Of a stretch of DNA of 14,032 nucleotides, positions 7,330-14,032 are shown one piece after another (the first letter of the stretch is position 1; every line of letters begins with the position of its first letter). The position numbers and the translations under genes are program-made. Location: the UHGV virus genome UHGV-0332040; one strand, 5' to 3'. A model generated the notes under the pieces. It ran no database searches. It saw only the letters and a list, made by a program, of their open reading frames with translations, and was not told the origin of the DNA. Source of the stretch: a virus.

Positions 7330-7953
7330 TCAGACGCTGGCAGCCAGCTCACGCTTAATGCGGTAGAACGTTGCCCGGCTTATCCCGGCAGCTTTCATGA
7401 TGCGCTCCGGTTTCACACCCTGCGCCAGCATTTCCCTGACGGTCTCGCGAGCGGCGGCATCCTTCTGACTCCCACGATAAAGCCCCTCAGCTTTGGCTCG
7501 TTCAATGCCCTGCCGCTGGCGCATCAGTCGCGTCTCGTAGTCCACGCGGGCCATTGTAGCGAGGATATCGATCAGCATTGCGTTAACGGCTCTGAGGATG
7601 CCGCTGGTTAGCTCTGACGCGGTTTCGTTCAGCAACTGCCACGAGGTTGGCAGGTCAACGGCGACGATCACCAGCCCCTTATCCTGAATCCTCTGTTTCA
7701 GTGTCGCCCATTCCTTTTGTGTCAGGCGGCTTAGCCTGTCTATGCTTTCGACAAGTAGAACGTCGCCAGCCTCCGCCTCACCCAGCAGGCGCATCAGTTC
7801 AGGACGCTCCAGCCGCGCACCGCTGGCGTTCTCGATGTATCGCGCAGCAATAGACCAACCACGCTCATTAGCGAAATCCTCCAGCGCAGGAACGGCACGG
7901 TCGGCGTGTTGCTCGGCGGTGGATGCCCTGGCATACAGACGAACGTTATTCAT
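7330..7953 (-). CDS. Small serine recombinase (resolvase/invertase family)
   Basis: 207-aa ORF with GGAGGG SD. N-terminal catalytic motif YARASTAEQ (Ser11), LLVESIDRLSRL, and a C-terminal HTH (ISRATFYRIKRELA), typical of resolvase/Hin-Gin-type enzymes. Confidence 0.85.
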   Translation of the reverse strand: MNNVRLYARASTAEQHADRAVPALEDFANERGWSIAARYIENASGARLERPELMRLLGEAEAGDVLLVESIDRLSRLTQKEWATLKQRIQDKGLVIVAVDLPTSWQLLNETASELTSGILRAVNAMLIDILATMARVDYETRLMRQRQGIERAKAEGLYRGSQKDAAARETVREMLAQGVKPERIMKAAGISRATFYRIKRELAASV

Positions 7954-8536
7954 GATTCACCCTCCAAATCTCAGTGAAGTATCACATCCCGACATGAAGG
8001 AGATCACACTTAAAAACCGTGGTCAATAGGGTATAAAATAAATTTGATTGCGACAGCTTAGGCACATCACAATGCGGTATACCCGGATGAGACAGAGACA
8101 GCCAGCGGCAGACTGGCACCGAGTCACAGCAAAACCCCGGCGCACCCAGCGAACGCAGCGCAAAGCGCACACAGGAGATCAGCACGGCACCGCCACGATC
8201 TCGAAATCACAAAGGCGTTGAATCAAACATTGCAACCGCAGCAGTAACCAGCCAGCATTTCGCGCCTGCAACGGTTGTCTCGGATGAGCAAAATCTTAGG
8301 GTTTTCTCAGCGACCCCTGACGCGCGGGCACGCACATGCGCACGGGGGCGCGGGCGAGCTATACAGTTGAGGGAGGGGCAACCATAAGCGTGCAATTTTT
8401 CAAGCCGGGACTTTTAACAGTGGGATTGTGAGGCTATTTTGCATTCAGAGAGTGAGGCTGTAGGGTAGCTCCCCTTGAACCAGATAACGCTAAGCTAACC
8501 ATTTTCCCCACTGCTTAAGCCACTTTGCGTTGACGT

Positions 8537-9037
8537 TCAGCACCCCACAGCAGCATTATCCGGCATCAGAAACGGAATCAGTTTAGTATCACCATGCACA
8601 TATAACGGGTGCATAGGCTCTCCCGTTGCGTTAATTTTAAAACACTTCGTATCTACAGGAAGGAACGCCCGTACTACGGCAGAGCGTTTCAGGTGCCGCC
8701 CTTCATTCCCCCACGCAGCAACAACGATACCAGCACCAGCTATCAATTCTGCCAGATACTTATCATTATCCGCCCCGACAGGCTCCGGGAATCTCATCAT
8801 CTCAAAGCGGTCAGTACACACATACGCGAACAGGTTCGCGATACGTACCCCCCCGAAGCCCCAGCTCTGCGCAAATGAGATACAACGTTTCAGTGTGGGG
8901 TCGTCAAGCTCTGCGTCCGCATACGATGGATTCAAACCGATGAAAAGAGCATAAGGCTTTGCAGCGTCCCACGTTCTGGAAATAGCGTAACGGTACTTCC
9001 CGCACACAGAGAAGATCGCGTCTTTGTTCACATCCAT
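8537..9037 (-). CDS. DUF1643-like protein, 166 aa
   Basis: Translation carries the motif block I recall as characteristic of DUF1643 (CGKYRY...FIGLNPSYADAELDDPTLKRCISFAQSWGFGG). Assignment is from memory of the family signature, not from a search. GAGGG SD upstream of ATG 9037. Confidence 0.55.
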   Translation of the reverse strand: MDVNKDAIFSVCGKYRYAISRTWDAAKPYALFIGLNPSYADAELDDPTLKRCISFAQSWGFGGVRIANLFAYVCTDRFEMMRFPEPVGADNDKYLAELIAGAGIVVAAWGNEGRHLKRSAVVRAFLPVDTKCFKINATGEPMHPLYVHGDTKLIPFLMPDNAAVGC

Positions 9038-9039
9038 GA

Positions 9040-9180
9040 TTAACCCTCTTCACTACGTTTATCATCCCGCATCGAGTCAATGAAGTCGCGTTGCTCCTGC
9101 GTCAGTTCCAGATTTTCTAACAACTTGTCTAATTCTATTTCGGCGGATTCTTGCTTCTGCAAACGCTCTTTGTCAGCCAT
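9040..9180 (-). CDS. Small acidic hypothetical protein, 46 aa, translationally coupled to the DUF1643 gene (not in supplied ORF track)
   Basis: ATG at 9180; translation MADKERLQKQESAEIELDKLLENLELTQEQRDFIDSMRDDKRSEEG; its TAA stop lies 2 nt upstream of the DUF1643 ATG, with that gene's SD inside its 3' end. Confidence 0.35.
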   Translation of the reverse strand: MADKERLQKQESAEIELDKLLENLELTQEQRDFIDSMRDDKRSEEG

Positions 9181-9671
9181 GCCAAGCCCCACAAGATTAG
9201 GATTAATCTTAGGCTACAAAATGATCAATACAAATGCAACGGATTGTTATTTATTACAGATACAAGAATTAAGGGGGAAATAATCAGGAGGGGATGCCCC
9301 GGACTGCCAGCACAGAACCGGGGCGAATGCGGACGGAGCCACCCATCAGCCGAATAACCATAGCCTATTTTCTGGCAATAGCAAGCCATAAGCGCCGTGT
9401 TGGGTACACTCAGCAGCAGCGCCATCGGCGCATCATCATCTCAATCTTGTACAATCATCCGTTCACTTATCGAGTACCGTTCATTTATGGCACGGTGAAC
9501 ACCACGGCAGAGCCAGCCCCTTTCCCGGACTGGTTAGGCTTCCCAACATCAGCTCGTTTATCCGTGGCGTGTCATCACGACAGGCGGGAACCGGACACCG
9601 CGCTAAGTGCGGAACAGATGAATGTTTCAGGGAATCATGCCGGGTGAACGGCTTTCAGTTCATGTTGGACT

Positions 9672-9920
9672 ATCGCGGTATGACCAGTGGAACGACCGCC
9701 AGCGCTTTGCTAAACTCCCTGTTCACCGTTCAACAAATCGCGGCAACTATCAGGGTAAATAGCGGTACTTTGGTCACATCACCTTAGAGCTAACTCATTG
9801 AGTTATAAGGCTTTTAATGGGCTGGAGCGGGCGAAGGGAATCGAACCCTCATAGCTAACCCATTGAATTGTGAACCAAAATAAGTAATCGCGGTACTTAT
9901 CCCGGTAGTTGGTAGCGGTA
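9672..9920. repeat. Candidate integrase arm-type repeats (ATCGCGGTA / GCGGTACTT family) on both sides of the att core
   Basis: ATCGCGGTA 9672-9680; ATCGCGGCA 9737-9745; GCGGTACTT 9762-9770; ATCGCGGTACTT 9887-9898; GCGGTA 9915-9920. Three copies lie left of the core and two lie between the core and the int start. Confidence 0.4.
9823..9850 (-). other. att core: 28-nt 3' end of a tRNA-Gly gene (T-arm, acceptor 3' strand, U discriminator, CCA); not a complete tRNA
   Basis: Minus strand reads GAGGGTTCGATTCCCTTCGCCCGCTCCA, which matches my recollection of the 3' end of enterobacterial tRNA-Gly(CCC) glyU. No D-arm or anticodon arm is recognisable 5' of it, so it is a fragment. Confidence 0.65.
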
Positions 9921-9938
9921 GATTACAAGGTAATTACC

Positions 9939-11165
9939 ATGCCAATCAAGAAGACTTCTTATCTTTATGCAAACAAAGATGGGATATTCATCTTTCAAAT
10001 CTTTATCCCGGTGTACATGCGCCACTTATGGCACGGGCGGCGCTCACTCAAGAAATCGACAGGCACGCGGGACATCATGCAAGCTCGCATATTCCGTGAC
10101 CAATACTTATTAGAGTTCCGAAAGCTCCAGCTCATGATGAAACCGGATAACCCTATAAACCGGATTCATTCTGCTATTTCAGATCTTCACTTACTGGCGG
10201 GAATATCCAGCGACATTACCGCGCCCGTAACTACTCCAGCAGAACGAGGGAAACCAGCGTCGCCAAAATTGACAGATGTCAGTAAAGAATATGCAGAGCA
10301 ATACAAAGATCGGCGCTCTTATTCCACATTGAGTAAATCCGCTCGCGCTGTATCAGCATTCACTAAATCAACTAAGCGCCCAACAATTACAATAAACGGA
10401 ATCGGGCGGCGGCTCGTCTCTGACTTTCTGAAAGCGAACCAAGATAAGTTTTCCCGGCAGACGATGCAAAACTGGTTAACTTGCTTAGGTACGCTGTACG
10501 ACTTCGCCCGGCGTAAATATGACAATATCGCCCCTGATAATCCCTTTCACGGCCACAATCTGGAAGCCCGTCAGACAAACGAAAGTTACCAGCCGTTTGA
10601 ACCGCACCAGCTACAGACATTAACAAAAAAGGCAGGTGACGAAATAAGGGATGTAATAATAATCGGGCTGTATTCCGGGATGCGTCTTGATGAAATAGCC
10701 AGCATTAAACGGGATGAGGTTGTCACCATCGACGGCGTGCGGTGTTTCTATGTCAGTAAATCAAAAACAAAGGCGGGTATAAGGCATGTCCCTGTACACT
10801 CGCTGTTATTTGACATTGTTGATAAATACCTCGCGCAAAACAGCGGGGAGTACCTGCTCCCCCAATCCAACAAAATTAAACGCGCGGATGGTAAACGTGG
10901 GCCGTGGTATTCTCAGACATTTACCCGCTTACGTCGCCGGGTACTACCAACAGCCACAGAGCGCCAGTGTTTCCACTCCCTGCGTGGTCACTTCATCACC
11001 TGCTTAGACCGGGCAGGTGTACCAGAACAGCGCATAGGAGCTATTACCGGGCATACAGAGAAAAAGGCAAAGACGGAAGCATTTAAAACGTACAGCCAAG
11101 GGGCTGGGATGAAAGAACTATCTGAATACGTAGAGCTGGTAAGTTATCCAGAACTTGAATCATAA
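9939..11165 (+). CDS. int: Tyrosine recombinase / phage integrase
   Basis: 408 aa from ATG 9939 (AAGG SD 9 nt upstream); the track start at 9909 is a TTG. C-terminal catalytic region has GMRLDE (Arg), HSLRGHFIT (H-x-x-R...H) and a C-terminal Tyr in FKTYSQG. Lies 89 nt from the tRNA-derived core. Confidence 0.85.
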   Translation: MPIKKTSYLYANKDGIFIFQIFIPVYMRHLWHGRRSLKKSTGTRDIMQARIFRDQYLLEFRKLQLMMKPDNPINRIHSAISDLHLLAGISSDITAPVTTPAERGKPASPKLTDVSKEYAEQYKDRRSYSTLSKSARAVSAFTKSTKRPTITINGIGRRLVSDFLKANQDKFSRQTMQNWLTCLGTLYDFARRKYDNIAPDNPFHGHNLEARQTNESYQPFEPHQLQTLTKKAGDEIRDVIIIGLYSGMRLDEIASIKRDEVVTIDGVRCFYVSKSKTKAGIRHVPVHSLLFDIVDKYLAQNSGEYLLPQSNKIKRADGKRGPWYSQTFTRLRRRVLPTATERQCFHSLRGHFITCLDRAGVPEQRIGAITGHTEKKAKTEAFKTYSQGAGMKELSEYVELVSYPELES

Positions 11166-11167
11166 TT

Positions 11168-11596
11168 TCAGGCAGGGTAAATAATCCCCAGCCCGCGATA
11201 CTGGCGGCGGTATTCTCTGACCAGAGCATCCGCCGTCGCCCTCGGCAGCTTCGCCATATGCCCGGTACGATAGCCACCCTCGGCAGAATTCGCTGCACGA
11301 TGTACAACAGCCCGCACGCGCCCGGTTCTGTGGTCGTGGTCGAGGGTCGTGCTGCTGAACGCAACAGCCCGCCCGGTAACGGCACACCGTCGATACTGAT
11401 AATTCCACAGAAAGCAACGCACCGCAGCCACGTCAGCACGGCGCAACTCCAGTCGCCCTGAACCATTCAACAGGAGGCGATACACATCGTCGAATGCAGC
11501 AGCGTTTCTAACGCGCTCAGCCAGCGGCATATTGCCAAGGAACTCCAGATAATCCCGCATTGCTTTTCTTAAAAGTTGGTCTGTCCGTGTAACCAT
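11168..11596 (-). CDS. Endonuclease VII-like (recombination endonuclease VII family, HNH-type) protein
   Basis: 142-aa ORF with GGAGA SD; motif CAVTGR...LDHDHRTGRVRAVVHRAAN resembles the DHDH-x-TG-x-VRG core of T4 EndoVII-family proteins. Confidence 0.55.
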   Translation of the reverse strand: MVTRTDQLLRKAMRDYLEFLGNMPLAERVRNAAAFDDVYRLLLNGSGRLELRRADVAAVRCFLWNYQYRRCAVTGRAVAFSSTTLDHDHRTGRVRAVVHRAANSAEGGYRTGHMAKLPRATADALVREYRRQYRGLGIIYPA

Positions 11597-11868
11597 GATT
11601 CAAAGTCTCCATTGTCAGACACAGCCCGCTTGCAGGCTTCGTATTCTTCGCGCTGGCGTTGGCATACCAGAGCATAAAGCTCATCAGCCACCGCATTTAC
11701 GCGCCTATCACTGATACCGTTGCGACGCATCTGCCCCAGCAGCTTACGAAATTCAGCCTCAAGCTCAGGCTCTCCTGTATCCATTACCCACTGTTTCAAG
11801 TCAGCGAGTGCGCCAGTCATTGGCGGCGGCTCGATGTACCGCCACCTTAATTTAATCGTCAAAGCCAT
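11569..11868 (-). CDS. Hypothetical protein, 99 aa (start revised to second ATG)
   Basis: AGAGGA SD directly abuts the first ATG at 11874, so the second ATG at 11868, 6 nt further, is the likelier start. Overlaps both neighbours on the same strand. Confidence 0.5.
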   Translation of the reverse strand: MALTIKLRWRYIEPPPMTGALADLKQWVMDTGEPELEAEFRKLLGQMRRNGISDRRVNAVADELYALVCQRQREEYEACKRAVSDNGDFESWLHGQTNF

Positions 11869-12277
11869 AAGCATTCCTCTTTATATCGTTTGCTCTCGCT
11901 TCACTGGCTTGTTTAAGCGTCATTCCTTCGATAGCTATATCCAGCAGTTCCTTTTGCTTACCAGCCAATCGCAAGGCGCTGTCTCTCCAGCAAAGCAGAA
12001 AGAAGATTGTCAGCACCTGTTTACTCAATCCATCCAGAAGATCGCCAAGTCCTTGATCCAGCAGACAGGCACGCCATGCAGCAGCGTGCTGCGTCATAGC
12101 ACCGACTATCGGGATAGGTGCGCCAAGCATCGTCGCAAGCTGACTCATAACACTATTAGCATCGCCCGGATGCAGCCGGGGAATAGTCATGCGGCCAGCC
12201 TGCGCCAACAGCTCGGCGTACCTCTGGCGACGTGGGTCATCACATGCCAGCGGTTTAATTGGCTTTTCATCAGCCAT
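11852..12277 (-). CDS. Hypothetical protein, 141 aa
   Basis: ATG at 12277 with GGAGG SD 9 nt upstream, immediately after the TAA of the HNH gene. Confidence 0.55.
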   Translation of the reverse strand: MADEKPIKPLACDDPRRQRYAELLAQAGRMTIPRLHPGDANSVMSQLATMLGAPIPIVGAMTQHAAAWRACLLDQGLGDLLDGLSKQVLTIFFLLCWRDSALRLAGKQKELLDIAIEGMTLKQASEARANDIKRNAYGFDD

Positions 12278-12295
12278 ATATGGAACCTCCGAGGA

Positions 12296-12823
12296 TTAGG
12301 CAGCCTGCAACAAATCGGCTGGCGTTGAGGGATGGTATCTGGCTTTAGCTTTTAGATAGGCAGCACGCGCCGCCGCTTCGGTTGTGAACAAGCCAAGGTG
12401 ATGGCGTACACCATTAACGCGAATGTAAGCCTCCCATTTACCAGAACAAGAATGACGGCTATATCCCTTCGCTTTGCGGTAGTTGTGCTGATTCTCCTGC
12501 GGTGTAACAGCGCGGAGGTTGCCCGGTCGATTATCGGCACGTACAGCGTTAATGTGGTCGATTTGCAGACCGTCAGGGATACCACCATTAGCAATGATGA
12601 AGGCCACGCGATGCGCATAAATCGAGTGCGTCCTGCCGTCGATGCGGACAGACACGCGCCGATACCCGGCGCTGTCCGTTGCGGTGTCAGCCAGTTCCCC
12701 GGCCTCAGCATAAATCCGCTTGTTGATTCCAATTCGGTCTACTGCATGGAACAGGCGGCCAGTCTCCGCATCGTATCGAAATAAAGAGCGTAGCAGCTCA
12801 GGGGCGTAAGCATCATTAACCAT
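12296..12823 (-). CDS. HNH homing-type endonuclease with AP2-like DNA-binding domain
   Basis: 175-aa ORF with GGAGGGG SD. HNH_3-type block GYRRVSVRIDGRTHSIYAHRVAFIIANGGIPDGLQIDHINAVRADNRPGNLRAVTPQENQHN, and an AP2-like C-terminal block SGKWEAYIRVNGVRHHLGLFTTEAAARAAYLKAKARYH. Confidence 0.8.
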   Translation of the reverse strand: MVNDAYAPELLRSLFRYDAETGRLFHAVDRIGINKRIYAEAGELADTATDSAGYRRVSVRIDGRTHSIYAHRVAFIIANGGIPDGLQIDHINAVRADNRPGNLRAVTPQENQHNYRKAKGYSRHSCSGKWEAYIRVNGVRHHLGLFTTEAAARAAYLKAKARYHPSTPADLLQAA

Positions 12824-12839
12824 GACTCAGCCCCTCCAG

Positions 12840-13835
12840 TTACACAGCTTGTCGGAAATTGATAACGCAGTCAGGGCGGCGCAGTCCAACATTGAACAGG
12901 CGATATGAGTCCATCACCATCGTCATTTCGCGCTCATCATCCCACTGGCGATTGATAACGCTCTGCGCTTCGACTGTCACAAGTACAGACGCAGGCCGGA
13001 ACAGCGTCGCCCGCGTCAGCGCTTCCTCTGAGGTAACGTCATAATCAGCGCCCAGTTCATGCCCGGTAATAGCTTCCTGCGGGTAACTGTTCAGCTCAAT
13101 GACTCGTACCCCAGCGACATAGCCAACTCGACGCCATGCGTAATCGTTGCCACTATCCCGGCTGTAACGGACGTTCATCAGCTTCTTATGTTCCATCAGG
13201 ATGCTGAACCAAGCCGGGTCGATAAGCAGTACCAGCTCGGCCACCGGAATATCTTTCTCAGTGAGAAAGCGATTAGCAGCCGCTTTTACGACGTGAGCCA
13301 ATTCGTTTGCGGCGTCCTCTTCGCTCCCCGCTGTCAGGTCGAGCGATACAACGTTATCCGTTAGTGGGTTAAACGTTGGTTGCAGTGTCGGCGGCGGTAC
13401 AAAGTCAGTCGCTTTGATTAGCTGGATGGTGTGCGCTTCGTCGTAGAATTTAGCGTGAGCAGTACCCATATTGCGGCTCAGCTCTGCGCGAAAGGTGGGC
13501 GCTGTCCAGTCGTCCTGATAGTCAATCGGAATGCGGATATAGCTCAGCGTATCCACAGAGATAATCAGCTTATCCGACTTAACAGCGGTAGGCTCCAGCG
13601 ATTGCCCTGCGGTTCTGCCCTTCACCTCCAGATCACCACTCAGGCGATCAATGCGGTATTGGTTGCTGGCTTTCAGCGGCCTGTATGTAGACAGCCCCTC
13701 TGCCAGAAATACGGATTTGGACTCTAAACGGGTCTGGACATCCCGGTCATAAGCCTCGATGTGAATATCATTGTCGGATTCCACCCCGCCATAATGTGGG
13801 CGAAACAGATCGGGACTGTACGAAGTATCAGTCAT
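12840..13835 (-). CDS. Major capsid protein, T7 gp10-like (HK97-fold family); start revised
   Basis: 331 aa from ATG 13835 (AGGAG SD 8 nt upstream). Several blocks align by eye with my recollection of T7 gp10A: KLIISVDTLSYIRIPIDYQD vs KVITIDGLLTADVLIYDIED, LLIDPAWFSIL vs FYCDPDSYSAIL, C-terminal YRLFNVGLRRPDCVINF vs YAMGHGGLRPEAAGAVVF. Not search-verified. Confidence 0.55.
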   Translation of the reverse strand: MTDTSYSPDLFRPHYGGVESDNDIHIEAYDRDVQTRLESKSVFLAEGLSTYRPLKASNQYRIDRLSGDLEVKGRTAGQSLEPTAVKSDKLIISVDTLSYIRIPIDYQDDWTAPTFRAELSRNMGTAHAKFYDEAHTIQLIKATDFVPPPTLQPTFNPLTDNVVSLDLTAGSEEDAANELAHVVKAAANRFLTEKDIPVAELVLLIDPAWFSILMEHKKLMNVRYSRDSGNDYAWRRVGYVAGVRVIELNSYPQEAITGHELGADYDVTSEEALTRATLFRPASVLVTVEAQSVINRQWDDEREMTMVMDSYRLFNVGLRRPDCVINFRQAV

Positions 13836-14032
13836 AAACAAAACTCCTACGTAGGTTGATGAAGCCCGCGCCATCGTCATGGCACAGACGTGCGGAATCC
13901 TCCCGCCGAGGCAGGATTCAGAACGGTATCGATTAAAGGGATGAGGTGCCCCGAAATGGGCGTTTTGAGGCCAGAGCTGGCGCGGTTCTCAGAGGTTAGT
14001 GCGCGTGAAGTAAGGCGAACGTATTACCTTGC

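Larger units (their letters stand above)
1..14032. mobile_element. Segment of a temperate-phage-like integrative element (tyrosine integrase, tRNA-derived att core, capsid, nucleases, replication-type operon)
   Basis: Co-occurrence of an integrase next to a tRNA 3'-end fragment, a capsid-like gene, HNH/EndoVII nucleases, a serine recombinase and a translationally coupled operon with a helicase. No host housekeeping genes recognised. Confidence 0.6.

Noticed and set aside
5558-7330. CRISPR array
   Set aside because: The repeats come in two to four copies, are heterogeneous in sequence and irregularly spaced; no repeat-spacer periodicity and no cas genes.
8207-8395. Minus-strand 62-aa ORF
   Set aside because: Lies in the GC-rich repeat cluster, has no SD, and translates to Ala/Arg-rich low-complexity sequence.
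9823-9900. Complete tRNA gene
   Set aside because: Only the 3' 28 nt look like tRNA-Gly. Sequence 5' of it has a TTCAATGG resemblance to a D-loop but no foldable D-arm or anticodon arm; treated as an att core fragment.
11720-12328. Plus-strand 202-aa ORF
   Set aside because: Antisense to three minus-strand genes that each have an SD and coupled stop/start arrangement; Ser/Cys-rich implausible translation.
13897-13921. Intrinsic terminator at hairpin GAATCCT...AGGATTC
   Set aside because: No U-tract follows on either strand.

Overview
The window reads as a segment of a temperate-phage-like integrative element, probably from an enterobacterial-type host (inferred from the tRNA-Gly-like att core and codon style). 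Nothing here was searched against a database; all calls rest on motifs read from the translations and sequence. Left third (2-5490, minus strand): a tightly packed operon of ten genes, five of them joined by ATGA start/stop overlaps, containing a 629-aa RecQ-like SF2 helicase and HTH proteins, likely a replication/early module. Centre (5491-9900): an unusually gene-poor stretch of about 4.4 kb with only a serine recombinase, a DUF1643-like gene and two small ORFs. It holds iteron-like direct repeats, an AT-rich island, a T-depleted purine-rich block with tandem repeats and GC hairpins, and a C+A-rich block with paired short repeats. Right third: a 28-nt tRNA-Gly 3'-end att core with candidate arm repeats on both sides, a tyrosine integrase (plus strand), then convergent minus-strand genes for an EndoVII-like nuclease, two hypotheticals, an HNH/AP2 homing-type endonuclease and a T7 gp10-like major capsid protein. 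The most unusual feature is the ORF-free, strand-asymmetric, repeat-rich DNA around the serine recombinase, a candidate structured ncRNA, origin or recombination/inversion locus; this is a hypothesis, not a demonstrated system.
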